Assembly: GCA_964354375.1 (NCBI GenBank)
Contig: CAYGZQ010000013.1
Span: 10,087-74,086 of the forward strand
Direction of reading: 5' to 3'
Length of the DNA: 64,000 nt
DNA from: an uncultured Planctomycetota bacterium
GTDB taxonomy: Bacteria; JAJVIF01; JAPKYR01
How positions within the stretch are numbered: the first letter of the stretch is position 1; each line of letters begins with the position of its first letter. Under the pieces are notes generated by a model, which searched no databases, was not told the DNA's origin, and saw only the letters and a list, made by a program, of their open reading frames with translations. Below, one piece after another: positions 50,633 through 59,143 of this stretch. Both the position numbers and the translations under genes were made by a program.

Positions 50633-51103
50633 TCACTTCTCCTGTTCAACTGCGATAACGGTCGGCTCGATTGCGATGTCGGCGTTCACGCTGTGAGCCA
50701 TGAAGCACATCTTATGGGCTCTCTCAATGTAAGCGCGCGCCGTTTCTACATCGCTTTCGTTTCTCACCACAACTCTGGGCCTGATAGTCATCTTCGTGAA
50801 TCTGATGGTGACGCCGTCATTTTCGAGAAGTCCTTCTGTTTCCGATTCATATGAGACGAACTCGAAGTTCTTGCGCAGGCAGTAGCTGACAAAGGAGGCC
50901 AGCAGGCAGGAGTTCACGGAGGCAAGAAGAAGCTCCCCGGGAGGCCATCGCCCCGGAGGTCCCCCGGAATCGATCGGCGAACCTCCGTCAATCGAGCTCG
51001 TTCCCTGGGACGTGATCTGCCAGGTGCGATCACCGGTCCATGCTGCGGATACCCTGTAAGTGTGAGGCTTGAAGGTTTTTTCCTTATCAGGTTTCTCGTT
51101 CAT
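50633..51103 (-). CDS. OsmC family protein
   Basis: PGELLLASVNSC and AHKMCFMAHSV, containing the two conserved Cys. Confidence 0.85.
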   Translation of the reverse strand: MNEKPDKEKTFKPHTYRVSAAWTGDRTWQITSQGTSSIDGGSPIDSGGPPGRWPPGELLLASVNSCLLASFVSYCLRKNFEFVSYESETEGLLENDGVTIRFTKMTIRPRVVVRNESDVETARAYIERAHKMCFMAHSVNADIAIEPTVIAVEQEK

Positions 51104-51196
51104 GGGGCATCAACCTTCGTAAGTCACAAAAAACCCCGGACAGAGCCGGGGACTATTTCCGTGCTGCCGAGCGAGCAACTACGCCTGGGCGTCCTG

Positions 51197-51889
51197 TTAT
51201 TCCCGGACTATGACAGTGACGTAGTTCGAGACAACGCCTATATACTCGCAGCTCACGACGGTGGTGCCGACGGGTCCGGTCGCCCGGAAGAGACCGTACA
51301 GCGAGCCCCATGCGTACGCATTGTCGGCGTCGATGATGAAGCCGGGCTTGTCGTCTGAGACGCGCCAGTCGACCAGGTTAGTGACAACCTGGCTCGTGCC
51401 GTTCGAGTAGTAGGCGGTGGCCTCAAACTGCGCGGTCTGGCCGATCGGAACGGAGACCCAGGTCGGCTCGACCTGCAGGGCCGACAGAATCACAGGCTGA
51501 GGTCCGCCGGTCCCTGGGATTTCGGGGCCTTCCACGACGATCACGATCGCCTGGCTCGTAACGCCCTTGTAAGAGCATGTTATCGAGGCCGTCCCCCCAC
51601 CCACGGCGTGCAGGATGCCCTTGGCAAGTATCTCGATCACTTTCGTGTCGCTCGACATCCAGTCGGCATAGGCGGTGATCCTGTAGGTCGCGGTGCCGGA
51701 ATAGATTCCCGTGGCGCCGACCGCGAAAACCTGACCGGGTCTCATCGAGCCGGGATCGTTGAAGATGTTGATCTGCAACAGGGCCCCCTTGGGCTCCAGG
51801 CTCGGCGTGATGCTGCCTCTGCAGCCCAGTCCGAACAGGACGGCGATGACGGCCAGCGGCAGAATTATTCGGAACATGGATACGCGCAT
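51197..51889 (-). CDS. Lipoprotein with two bacterial Ig-like group 2 (BIG2) domains
   Basis: Lipobox GLG-C, WMSSDTKV...GTASITCSY and QFEATAYYSNGT...VDWRVSD. Followed by a terminator-like hairpin at about 51127-51157. Confidence 0.8.
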   Translation of the reverse strand: MRVSMFRIILPLAVIAVLFGLGCRGSITPSLEPKGALLQINIFNDPGSMRPGQVFAVGATGIYSGTATYRITAYADWMSSDTKVIEILAKGILHAVGGGTASITCSYKGVTSQAIVIVVEGPEIPGTGGPQPVILSALQVEPTWVSVPIGQTAQFEATAYYSNGTSQVVTNLVDWRVSDDKPGFIIDADNAYAWGSLYGLFRATGPVGTTVVSCEYIGVVSNYVTVIVRE

Positions 51890-52086
51890 CTAGCGCACCT
51901 CCGAAGGAGTTCGACAGATAGAAACCAACCCGGCGGTCAGACCGTCCCGGTTGAATCGGCATAGTAGCATCAGCCGTTCGCAGGTGTCAAGGTTTGAGCC
52001 GAAATGCTGAGGAGCGATCTGCAAACATGCATCGGCACAACCACAAGCGGGGATGCGGTCCGGCCCCATCCCCGCTTTGATTTCAA

Positions 52087-53352
52087 TCACCACTCCCCGT
52101 CGGGAGCTTCCATGGCTACGTCGAGCAGATGCCATTCGAGCGAAAGTAGAGTATGCGTATCAGGGTTCTTGATGTTCAGCCTGAAAATATACGGCACTTC
52201 CGCGGGCAAGAAGTCCGGCTGATTCTCATATACCTCCGGATAGAGAGCTGTGTAGAAGGAGGGTCCCTGATTTGGTCCTGCGAAGACGTAGTCATCGGGT
52301 TCGCCATTGGGATCCGGCATCAAATCGTTATTCGCGATGCCATTGTCAACGATCCCAGCTTCTTGAGCCACCCACTTAGTCTTGAAATAATCGTTCCAGA
52401 GTTTGACATGCCAGTGGATTTTTGCGCCGTTCACTTCCGAAGGAGCATCTGGGTCGATCGGGGCATCCTGAGTGATGTAGAACTCGTACGGCATCGGCGA
52501 GTTCGCCTCGGGCCCGAAGTCGGTTGCCGGGTTTACGACGGGTGTCTTCACCGGCGGCGCCCAGTGCGCGTATATCGCGTACGACGCCTGAATCGGGCCA
52601 TCAGAGGGGGGCCTGATTATGTACGTGCGAGTGACGGTCTTCCCGGCCTCAAACATGTGCCTCGTCTCGTTCGAGTAGTACCTCTTGAAGGCATTGATCG
52701 TTCCCAGGTTCTCCCCCGACGCCCACTTGCCGGGATAATAGCCGAAGATCGGCAGACCCTCGTCAAGATCATGATCCGTCGGGTGCGGATTGTCTGGAGA
52801 GAATATGGTTGTCCACCCGTCAGGACTAGTCAGTTCTGCGTCGCCTTTTTCGTGAGACGACCATCTCCCTTTCCACTCTCCGGGATCGTCGATTCCCGCG
52901 ATGATCCACAGGTCGTCGTCAGGCCAGTTCTGCGAGGCGGGGAACATTATGATGCCCTTGACGTCGAAGCCGGTGCAGTACTTATTGTCCGCAGGCCATG
53001 GATGCCTGATGGAGATATCAACTGATACGTCCCCGCCCGCTGTCAGATGAATGTTTGAAAGCTTCAGGCAGTCCATGCAAGGAGCGACCTCGAGGAGCTT
53101 GACCACATTGAGGTGGTAACCCCATTCCCCCGATGCCGTCCGATCAAGAGTGGCAGTCCCGTATGAGCCGTCTCTGCCGATCTCGAGGTTGTAAAGGCCC
53201 CACTTCAGATATTGCCCCATGTCGCTCCTTGATGTGCCTTGAGGCGCCGCATTCATGAAAAGTGACAGGTTGCCGATCGGGTCCCTCCCGGTGCTTCGGC
53301 TGCACCCTATGGAGAGAACAAACATAACCAGAAGGAATATGCGTCCTTTCAT
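52087..53352 (-). CDS. P9: short family lipoprotein (conserved N-domain + small C-domain)
   Basis: GGAGG RBS, lipobox SIG-C. Motifs CMDC, HPW, GFDVKG, SPDGWT, DFGPEAN. No DWQ segment. Confidence 0.8.
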   Translation of the reverse strand: MKGRIFLLVMFVLSIGCSRSTGRDPIGNLSLFMNAAPQGTSRSDMGQYLKWGLYNLEIGRDGSYGTATLDRTASGEWGYHLNVVKLLEVAPCMDCLKLSNIHLTAGGDVSVDISIRHPWPADNKYCTGFDVKGIIMFPASQNWPDDDLWIIAGIDDPGEWKGRWSSHEKGDAELTSPDGWTTIFSPDNPHPTDHDLDEGLPIFGYYPGKWASGENLGTINAFKRYYSNETRHMFEAGKTVTRTYIIRPPSDGPIQASYAIYAHWAPPVKTPVVNPATDFGPEANSPMPYEFYITQDAPIDPDAPSEVNGAKIHWHVKLWNDYFKTKWVAQEAGIVDNGIANNDLMPDPNGEPDDYVFAGPNQGPSFYTALYPEVYENQPDFLPAEVPYIFRLNIKNPDTHTLLSLEWHLLDVAMEAPDGEW

Positions 53353-53372
53353 GAGAAACCTCCTTTGAAGTG

Positions 53373-54944
53373 TCACTGCACCTGGCAATCGGTCAGCTCC
53401 GCATAGTAACTGCTAGTGTCAATCCAACCAAGCCCGAGGTAGGAATCACCGACCGTCTCATCGGGAATCCGCAAACAGACGGTTGAGCCCGTGAAGGGAT
53501 TTACCCCTGTCCAGTAGCAGTCCGCGTCTTCATTCCATTCGACACCCTTGCTGGTGAAAGTGAAAGTGCTCGATTGATAGTTCATTTCCAAGCCGATTCG
53601 CCTGACGTAGATGTCCCAGTCTTGGTCATCCTCATTGTAGGAATAGTAGCTGACTGCGAACTGGTGCTCTTCGTCGTTCATCTGGTAAGCAGCCACGTCC
53701 GAGCACCGGCTCCAGCCGCTTGCGCCGGGCATGCTCTGATAGTTGCCCATGTAAGGTGTTGCCGTAATCGCAACCCAGTAGTTTCCCCATTCCTCGGTTT
53801 GGGAGTCGTAGGTGGTCGTCCACCATGTAATCATCGCCTCATGCACCTGCGACGAATGCGAAGGGATGGACAATTGCGGAAGCAAGTTGCTTGTGTACTC
53901 TCCCTCACCACTAAAGGAGATCTGCTGGGTGCTGTAGGGGTCCGGCGTGGAGAGCGGCTCCCAATCGTTATAGAAAACATTGTAGATATCGCTGTTGACG
54001 GTTGACGTGTTCTCACACCACACAGCGACTACGTCTCCATAGGAGCCCGGGTGGAGCTCGTTGTTTCTGATTTGGCCCGCATCGATGTTGGCACACCATT
54101 TCGCATTCGAATTCGATTCGTTGACCTGCTCCGGAGAGTCCCAGGCATCAAGATCGTCAATGTCCGCATACTCATGACGTGCAGCCCTTATGACATCATT
54201 GAAGGTCGGCGCCTGCTGCAGGAAGACGACGAAGAGATCATTGAATGCTGTGAGAACGCACAGGTCCGGTTCGATCTGGTCAGTATCAGGTTCGTCCCAC
54301 GGCAGCTTCACCGTCTCATCCGTGTCCGGGTTATACCAGTCGATACCGTCATCGTTCTCGTCGACGTCCCAGGCCAGCATCCGGTAGTACAAAGCCCAGA
54401 AATCATTCTCCGGGTAGGCCTCCGTCAATTCCGACCAGATCACGTGCACTCTGAGTGTCCCGACCTCCCCCTCCGGTGCACGCTCGTACGTGACTTCCAC
54501 CGCGGGATGCCGTGCGAAAGGATCGCTTGGCGACATTGCATCGGCACTGAAAGTATCTTCGAATACATTCACCTCCTCCTCATCGAGGAGGATCAAATGT
54601 ATCTCGGATTTCGCTTCGTAGTTGTCGTGTCTCACGACGGCAGTGACAAAGGTAGAGAAGGTGTCGCCGTCCCCTATCCTGTCGTTGTACGCGATATCGC
54701 CGCAGACTGTGCTCTCGCAGGGATATACTGAGATCGTCGATCCCGAGTCGAGACTGTAACCTACTCCCCACTGTGATGGGGCGTTGATGCTTTGTCCTGT
54801 TCTGAAGATTCCGCCCGAGCCATCGAAGGAAATCGGGTCTGATGCGCCGTTACAACCGACCGCCATGCTGAGAGTGAGGGACATAACCAGGAACGCGGTT
54901 AGCGCATTCCCCCCCCCCGAATACGACCGAGACTTGCGGAACAT
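53373..54944 (-). CDS. Lipoprotein, predicted beta-propeller (similar blade pattern to 31176..32954)
   Basis: Lipobox AVG-C. Repeats HPAVEV..VHVIWSE, PDLCVL..LFVVFLQ, ANIDAG..VVAVWCE and PQLSIP..AMITWW. Confidence 0.6.
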   Translation of the reverse strand: MFRKSRSYSGGGNALTAFLVMSLTLSMAVGCNGASDPISFDGSGGIFRTGQSINAPSQWGVGYSLDSGSTISVYPCESTVCGDIAYNDRIGDGDTFSTFVTAVVRHDNYEAKSEIHLILLDEEEVNVFEDTFSADAMSPSDPFARHPAVEVTYERAPEGEVGTLRVHVIWSELTEAYPENDFWALYYRMLAWDVDENDDGIDWYNPDTDETVKLPWDEPDTDQIEPDLCVLTAFNDLFVVFLQQAPTFNDVIRAARHEYADIDDLDAWDSPEQVNESNSNAKWCANIDAGQIRNNELHPGSYGDVVAVWCENTSTVNSDIYNVFYNDWEPLSTPDPYSTQQISFSGEGEYTSNLLPQLSIPSHSSQVHEAMITWWTTTYDSQTEEWGNYWVAITATPYMGNYQSMPGASGWSRCSDVAAYQMNDEEHQFAVSYYSYNEDDQDWDIYVRRIGLEMNYQSSTFTFTSKGVEWNEDADCYWTGVNPFTGSTVCLRIPDETVGDSYLGLGWIDTSSYYAELTDCQVQ

Positions 54945-55255
54945 GATCTTACCCTCGGTTCCCCCCTTTCCCTCCCGGACCTGAGCGGCACTACCCCAGC
55001 CCCGAGCGGCTTATATCTACCCTGTATCATATTTTCTTGGATTCTGCAAGATACCAGTTGGAAAATATTCGGATGCCGGTGTGCTAAGCCGGCACATACT
55101 TGCCGGATGAAGTGGGAGAACGATGGGGAATCGCGTGGTTATGAGAAGGCGCCCGAGAGGGGCGCCCGGAAGAACCCTGGCCAACAGGAATAAACGTCCC
55201 CGTCCGATTCAACATTCCGACATCGGCGGGCTTCCCGACCGATGCCGCCAACCCG

Positions 55256-55609
55256 TCAGCTCGACGTCGCGTGTTCGGGCGTCGGCGACGGAAGTTCAGT
55301 GTGAGAACACAGACAAATCGATCCCACATAAGGCAGCCCGCCCGAAGGGCAGACTCTGCGAACAGGCTCCCGCCCTGGGTCAAGTCGGGCAAGGCAGGAA
55401 ATCAGGGGCGACCCGGACAGCTTATCTATCGGTTGCGCATATATATCGGGGTTGTCCTGGCAGACCACCCAGGGGGAGATCGATGCGGGATCGTCGGTCC
55501 GGACCGAGTCGGCTCTTGCGATGCTCACGACCGAAAAGACGAAAAATACCAAAAAGACGGTTCCCGCGATCAACGCGCAGTGCATTTCCGTGTCGAGGTG
55601 TCTGTACAT
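55256..55609 (-). CDS. Small hypothetical exported protein
   Basis: GGGAGG RBS before ATG 55609, hydrophobic segment ending ARA-DS. The C-terminal part is uncertain and may be frameshifted. Confidence 0.4.
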   Translation of the reverse strand: MYRHLDTEMHCALIAGTVFLVFFVFSVVSIARADSVRTDDPASISPWVVCQDNPDIYAQPIDKLSGSPLISCLARLDPGREPVRRVCPSGGLPYVGSICLCSHTELPSPTPEHATSS

Positions 55610-55648
55610 CGTAACGCGACCTCCCTTCCCCACATGGGCCGCGGGCAC

Positions 55649-55723
55649 AAAAAAAAGGCTCCGCGGCAAGTATGGCGTAACGCGCCAAACCCCACGATGG
55701 GGGCGATATAGTCCGCTGGAGCC
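55649..55723 (-). other. Candidate structured leader RNA/terminator
   Basis: Closing stem GGCTCC-A-GCGG/CCGC-GGAGCC enclosing two hairpins, followed by T8, about 40 nt upstream of ATG 55609. Confidence 0.35.
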
Positions 55724-55826
55724 TCGATAATTCTATAACGTACTATCCTATATATACCACACTATAGGCCCGCCGTCAAGGGGGAATGTGGCACGTTCAT
55801 CCTGGGGCTGTTGAGAAAGTCTCTTT

Positions 55827-55895
55827 GTGGGGCAGGCTTTCCAGCCTGCCGCCTCTGGATGCCGCATGAATGGCAGGCTGGAAAGCCTGCCCCAC
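55827..55895. repeat. Second REP-type inverted doublet
   Basis: Perfect 24-bp inverted repeat GTGGGGCAGGCTTTCCAGCCTGCC - 21 nt - GGCAGGCTGGAAAGCCTGCCCCAC. Each arm is itself a hairpin (GGCAGGCT-TTCC-AGCCTGCC). Confidence 0.8.
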
Positions 55896-55900
55896 GTGCG

Positions 55901-56992
55901 CTACCGCTGTTTGATCACGCGAAGATAGACTCGGAACGTTTCCTCCGCCGCGAGGTCCCAACTGAAACTGAGCGACCGGGCGAATCCCCTGCGCACAAAC
56001 TCGGCGCGGTACGGTGGGTCCTCCAGCATCCTGAGCATCTGCTCGGAAAGCTCGGCGGGCTCGTGAGTTTTCAGATACGCTACCGCGTCGCTGCCGATCT
56101 CGTGAAAAACGTCCAGATCCGTCGCGATGACCGGGCACCCGATCGACATCGCCTCGAGCAGCGGAAGTCCGAAGCCTTCAGCCGATGAGATGAACAGGAA
56201 TGCGGCCGCGACCGAATACAGCGTGGCCAGCTCCTTGTCGGGAACGTACCCCGGGAACAGCACCTGCTCCTCCAGACCCGAGGCCCTGACAAGCTGTGCC
56301 ATTTTTCGCTGGTACGGTCCGGGCTTCCCGACGAGGAGCAGCTTAAGGTGCGGGGACGCGTTCGATATGCGCGAGAAAGCCTCGATGACCGAAGCGATAT
56401 TTTTCCTGGCTTCGAACGACCCCACCATGAGGAAAAATTCCATTGGCGCATGGTACTTGAAGCGGATTCTGCCTATCTCGTGAGGGTCGGTGGTTCGTGT
56501 GAACACCGGATTGACCCCGTGGTGTATAACGGTGATCTTGTCGGGGTTTATCTGAAGGATATTGACGAGGTCGTTCTTGGTCGCGCGGGAGACGGCGATG
56601 ATGTGGTCGGCGTGTCTATACGAACCGGGAATCCATTTCGAAAAATACCAGCGACTTCCAGGCGGCATCAGCCTGGGTTGCTTGAGGACGATCAGGTCGT
56701 GGGCCGTAACAACCTTCGGAATCCGCGAAAGCCGGGGAACGGAGAAGCAGGGCGTGTGAATGACGTTGACCTCCTCCCTGGTCGCAGCCATGACGAGGTG
56801 ATACTGCTCCCAGATGAGGCGCTGCAGGGTGCGTTCGAAGGGCTGTCGATTCCTGGGCCATAGGAGGCGGAGATCGATCGTCTCGGGATGCCTCTCAAGA
56901 ATGCGGACAAGGTTTCTCGAATACACGCCGAGCCCGGTTGGGTATTTGCCGGTCAGCGACTGAGCATCCAATCCGACGATGATGGGCTCCAT
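55901..56992 (-). CDS. Glycosyltransferase family 4 (GT-B, group 1)
   Basis: TGLGVY, VVTAHDL, IAVSRATK, VGSFEARKNI and EGFGLPLLEAMSIGCPV. Confidence 0.93.
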   Translation of the reverse strand: MEPIIVGLDAQSLTGKYPTGLGVYSRNLVRILERHPETIDLRLLWPRNRQPFERTLQRLIWEQYHLVMAATREEVNVIHTPCFSVPRLSRIPKVVTAHDLIVLKQPRLMPPGSRWYFSKWIPGSYRHADHIIAVSRATKNDLVNILQINPDKITVIHHGVNPVFTRTTDPHEIGRIRFKYHAPMEFFLMVGSFEARKNIASVIEAFSRISNASPHLKLLLVGKPGPYQRKMAQLVRASGLEEQVLFPGYVPDKELATLYSVAAAFLFISSAEGFGLPLLEAMSIGCPVIATDLDVFHEIGSDAVAYLKTHEPAELSEQMLRMLEDPPYRAEFVRRGFARSLSFSWDLAAEETFRVYLRVIKQR

Positions 56993-57158
56993 GGAATCAG
57001 ACGAGGAATTCTACCCCGGAGGGGGGTCCAAGGTAAAGGATAGCCGGATAAGAGTATAGGTGGCGCAACCGAAAGGTTTTGAGTATCATACTGGCTTCTA
57101 CTGTCGGGCGTTCGCGGGTGTCATGCGAAAGGGTCCGCAGCAAGGGCAAACAGGATCA

Positions 57159-58514
57159 ATGACGAAACAACAGGCCGGAGACGATCATTTCGCCGAAATT
57201 CGGAAGCTTGCCGCGGGGGGTGCGCTTGCGATCGAGAGGATGCCCGGCATGGAGAGCTTCACGCTGGGCTTCTTTCTGCCCGTGGGTGCGGTGCACGAGA
57301 ACGGCGCCAACAGCGGGATCAGCCATTTCATGGAGCATATGCTGTTCAAGGGATCGAGGAAACGCAGCGCGAAGGCAATAGTCAAGGCGGTTGAGCGTGT
57401 AGGGGGCCTGATAAACGCGTCGACCGGTCGCGAGCTGACGTACTTCTACGTGCGGGTCGCGGCGCGGCGTCTGGAGCTCGCGCTGGATGTTCTCACAGAC
57501 CTGGTGTTCAACCCGGAGCTGGACAAGGACGCCCTCGAGCGCGAGAAAGGCGTCATCCTCGAAGAGATAAACATGAACGAGGATGAGCCGGGGCAGGCGC
57601 TCTACGACAGGTTCCTGATGTCCATACACGGCAAAACATCCTACGGCAGGCCCATACTCGGAGCCCCGAAGAACATAGCCTCATTCACTCGGAAGAAGCT
57701 TGAGTCCTATCATCGGTCTCAGTACCTGCCCTCGAGGCTCGTGGCGTCCATTGCCGGCGGGATTGACCCGGACCGGGCGCACAGCCTTCTCGAAAAGCGC
57801 CTGACCGGGATTCCGGGTCGGAAGGGGAGCGCCATGAGCCCGACCAGGGCTCCGAGGTTCGAGGCTGCGGTCAGGGTAATATCGAAAGACGTCGAGCAGG
57901 CGGCGCTTGTCATGGGATTCCCCTCCGCGAGCATCAAATCGAACGACCGATACGCATGCAGCCTTCTGGACGCGATTACCGCCGGGGGCATGATGAGCCG
58001 TCTCTTCCAGGAAATCCGCGAGAAACGCGGGCTCGTGTACTCGATTGACTCCACGCACCAGCCATACTCCAAGGGGGGCCTGTTCACCGTCGAGGCCGGG
58101 ATGCGCGAGGAGAACCTGCTTGTCGTGCTGAAGCTGATCCTGAGGGAGCTGAGGCGTCTTGGGCAGGAAGGTCCGGGAGAGAGGGAGTTGGCGGACGCAA
58201 AGCTCTACCTGCGCGGGCACTGGGCGCTCGGGCTGGAGTCGACATCGGCGCGCATGATCCGGAACGCGATGTCCACCTTGTTCTTCGACCGGCTGTTGAG
58301 ACACGACGAAGTGGTGGAAAAACTGCAAGCTGTGACGGTGCAAGATGTGGCGAAGGCCGCCGGTCGGGCTTTCGAGGAGGGCGGTCCGGCCGTGGGCGCC
58401 CTGTCGAGATTCGAGGACGGGCACAAGATCGGCGAGATCGAGGAGCAGATCGAAGAACTCCGCAGGCGGCAGGGGGATGCCAACAGCAAGGCCAGGAGAA
58501 AGAACGTACGATAG
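57159..58514 (+). CDS. M16 family (pitrilysin-like) zinc peptidase
   Basis: GISHFMEHMLFKGS (HxxEH), NASTGRE, EKGVILEEI and SRLFQEIREKRGLVYSI. Start uncertain. Confidence 0.93.
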   Translation: MTKQQAGDDHFAEIRKLAAGGALAIERMPGMESFTLGFFLPVGAVHENGANSGISHFMEHMLFKGSRKRSAKAIVKAVERVGGLINASTGRELTYFYVRVAARRLELALDVLTDLVFNPELDKDALEREKGVILEEINMNEDEPGQALYDRFLMSIHGKTSYGRPILGAPKNIASFTRKKLESYHRSQYLPSRLVASIAGGIDPDRAHSLLEKRLTGIPGRKGSAMSPTRAPRFEAAVRVISKDVEQAALVMGFPSASIKSNDRYACSLLDAITAGGMMSRLFQEIREKRGLVYSIDSTHQPYSKGGLFTVEAGMREENLLVVLKLILRELRRLGQEGPGERELADAKLYLRGHWALGLESTSARMIRNAMSTLFFDRLLRHDEVVEKLQAVTVQDVAKAAGRAFEEGGPAVGALSRFEDGHKIGEIEEQIEELRRRQGDANSKARRKNVR

Positions 58515-58655
58515 GCGACAACAGGGAGTGAACATTCCAGGTAACGGGGCGGTCTGGATACATTGATACCCCCCCTGTAGTCCCGCCAAGGTGGGGACAG
58601 CGTGTTCTGAACGCCTTTGAAACGCTCCTGGATTCCGATTACGGTGGGAGGAAAG

Positions 58656-59018
58656 TCAACGGTACTTCCGGTCGCGCCGCTCAGGGCCTTTTTTCACCGG
58701 TCTTCCATACGGGTCGAACGGCGTGACCGACATCTGCGATGAAGACGTGCGGCGCCTGCCTTTGGGGGGCTGAGGCGCGAAGAATTCCGGCTTGGCGGAA
58801 ATGTCACTGATGACTTTCATGCTTTCCTTTCTGTGGCGCTCGTAAAAAAGAAGGTAGATAAACAGCGCGTGCGATATCACCGGCACAACGTTGAAGAGAA
58901 TCAGCCAGAACCAGAAATTGTCGAGGCGACGGCGCGCGACCTCGGCGAGCGCGAGGTTGGCGCCCACGTACACAATAGAGAAAAACACAAACCGGATCGC
59001 GTTACCGAAGGGGTCCAA
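58656..59018 (-). CDS. Small membrane protein
   Basis: Two to three hydrophobic segments and a basic tail, GTG start. Confidence 0.6.
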   Translation of the reverse strand: MDPFGNAIRFVFFSIVYVGANLALAEVARRRLDNFWFWLILFNVVPVISHALFIYLLFYERHRKESMKVISDISAKPEFFAPQPPKGRRRTSSSQMSVTPFDPYGRPVKKGPERRDRKYR

Positions 59019-59143
59019 GTGGCACAGCCTTTCTATACCTACATCAACCGAAACTCACAGTGTCGCCGGAATGTTGCGGGGCGACGCCGAGCGCCTAGAG
59101 TATACCTTATCCGCTGAAGATTGTCTTGAACAGGAGGGTCGCA

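Noticed and set aside
55084-55392. 102-aa minus-strand ORF as a separate gene
   Set aside because: Low-complexity Arg/Pro-rich translation with no clear RBS. At most it is a frameshifted continuation of 55256..55609.
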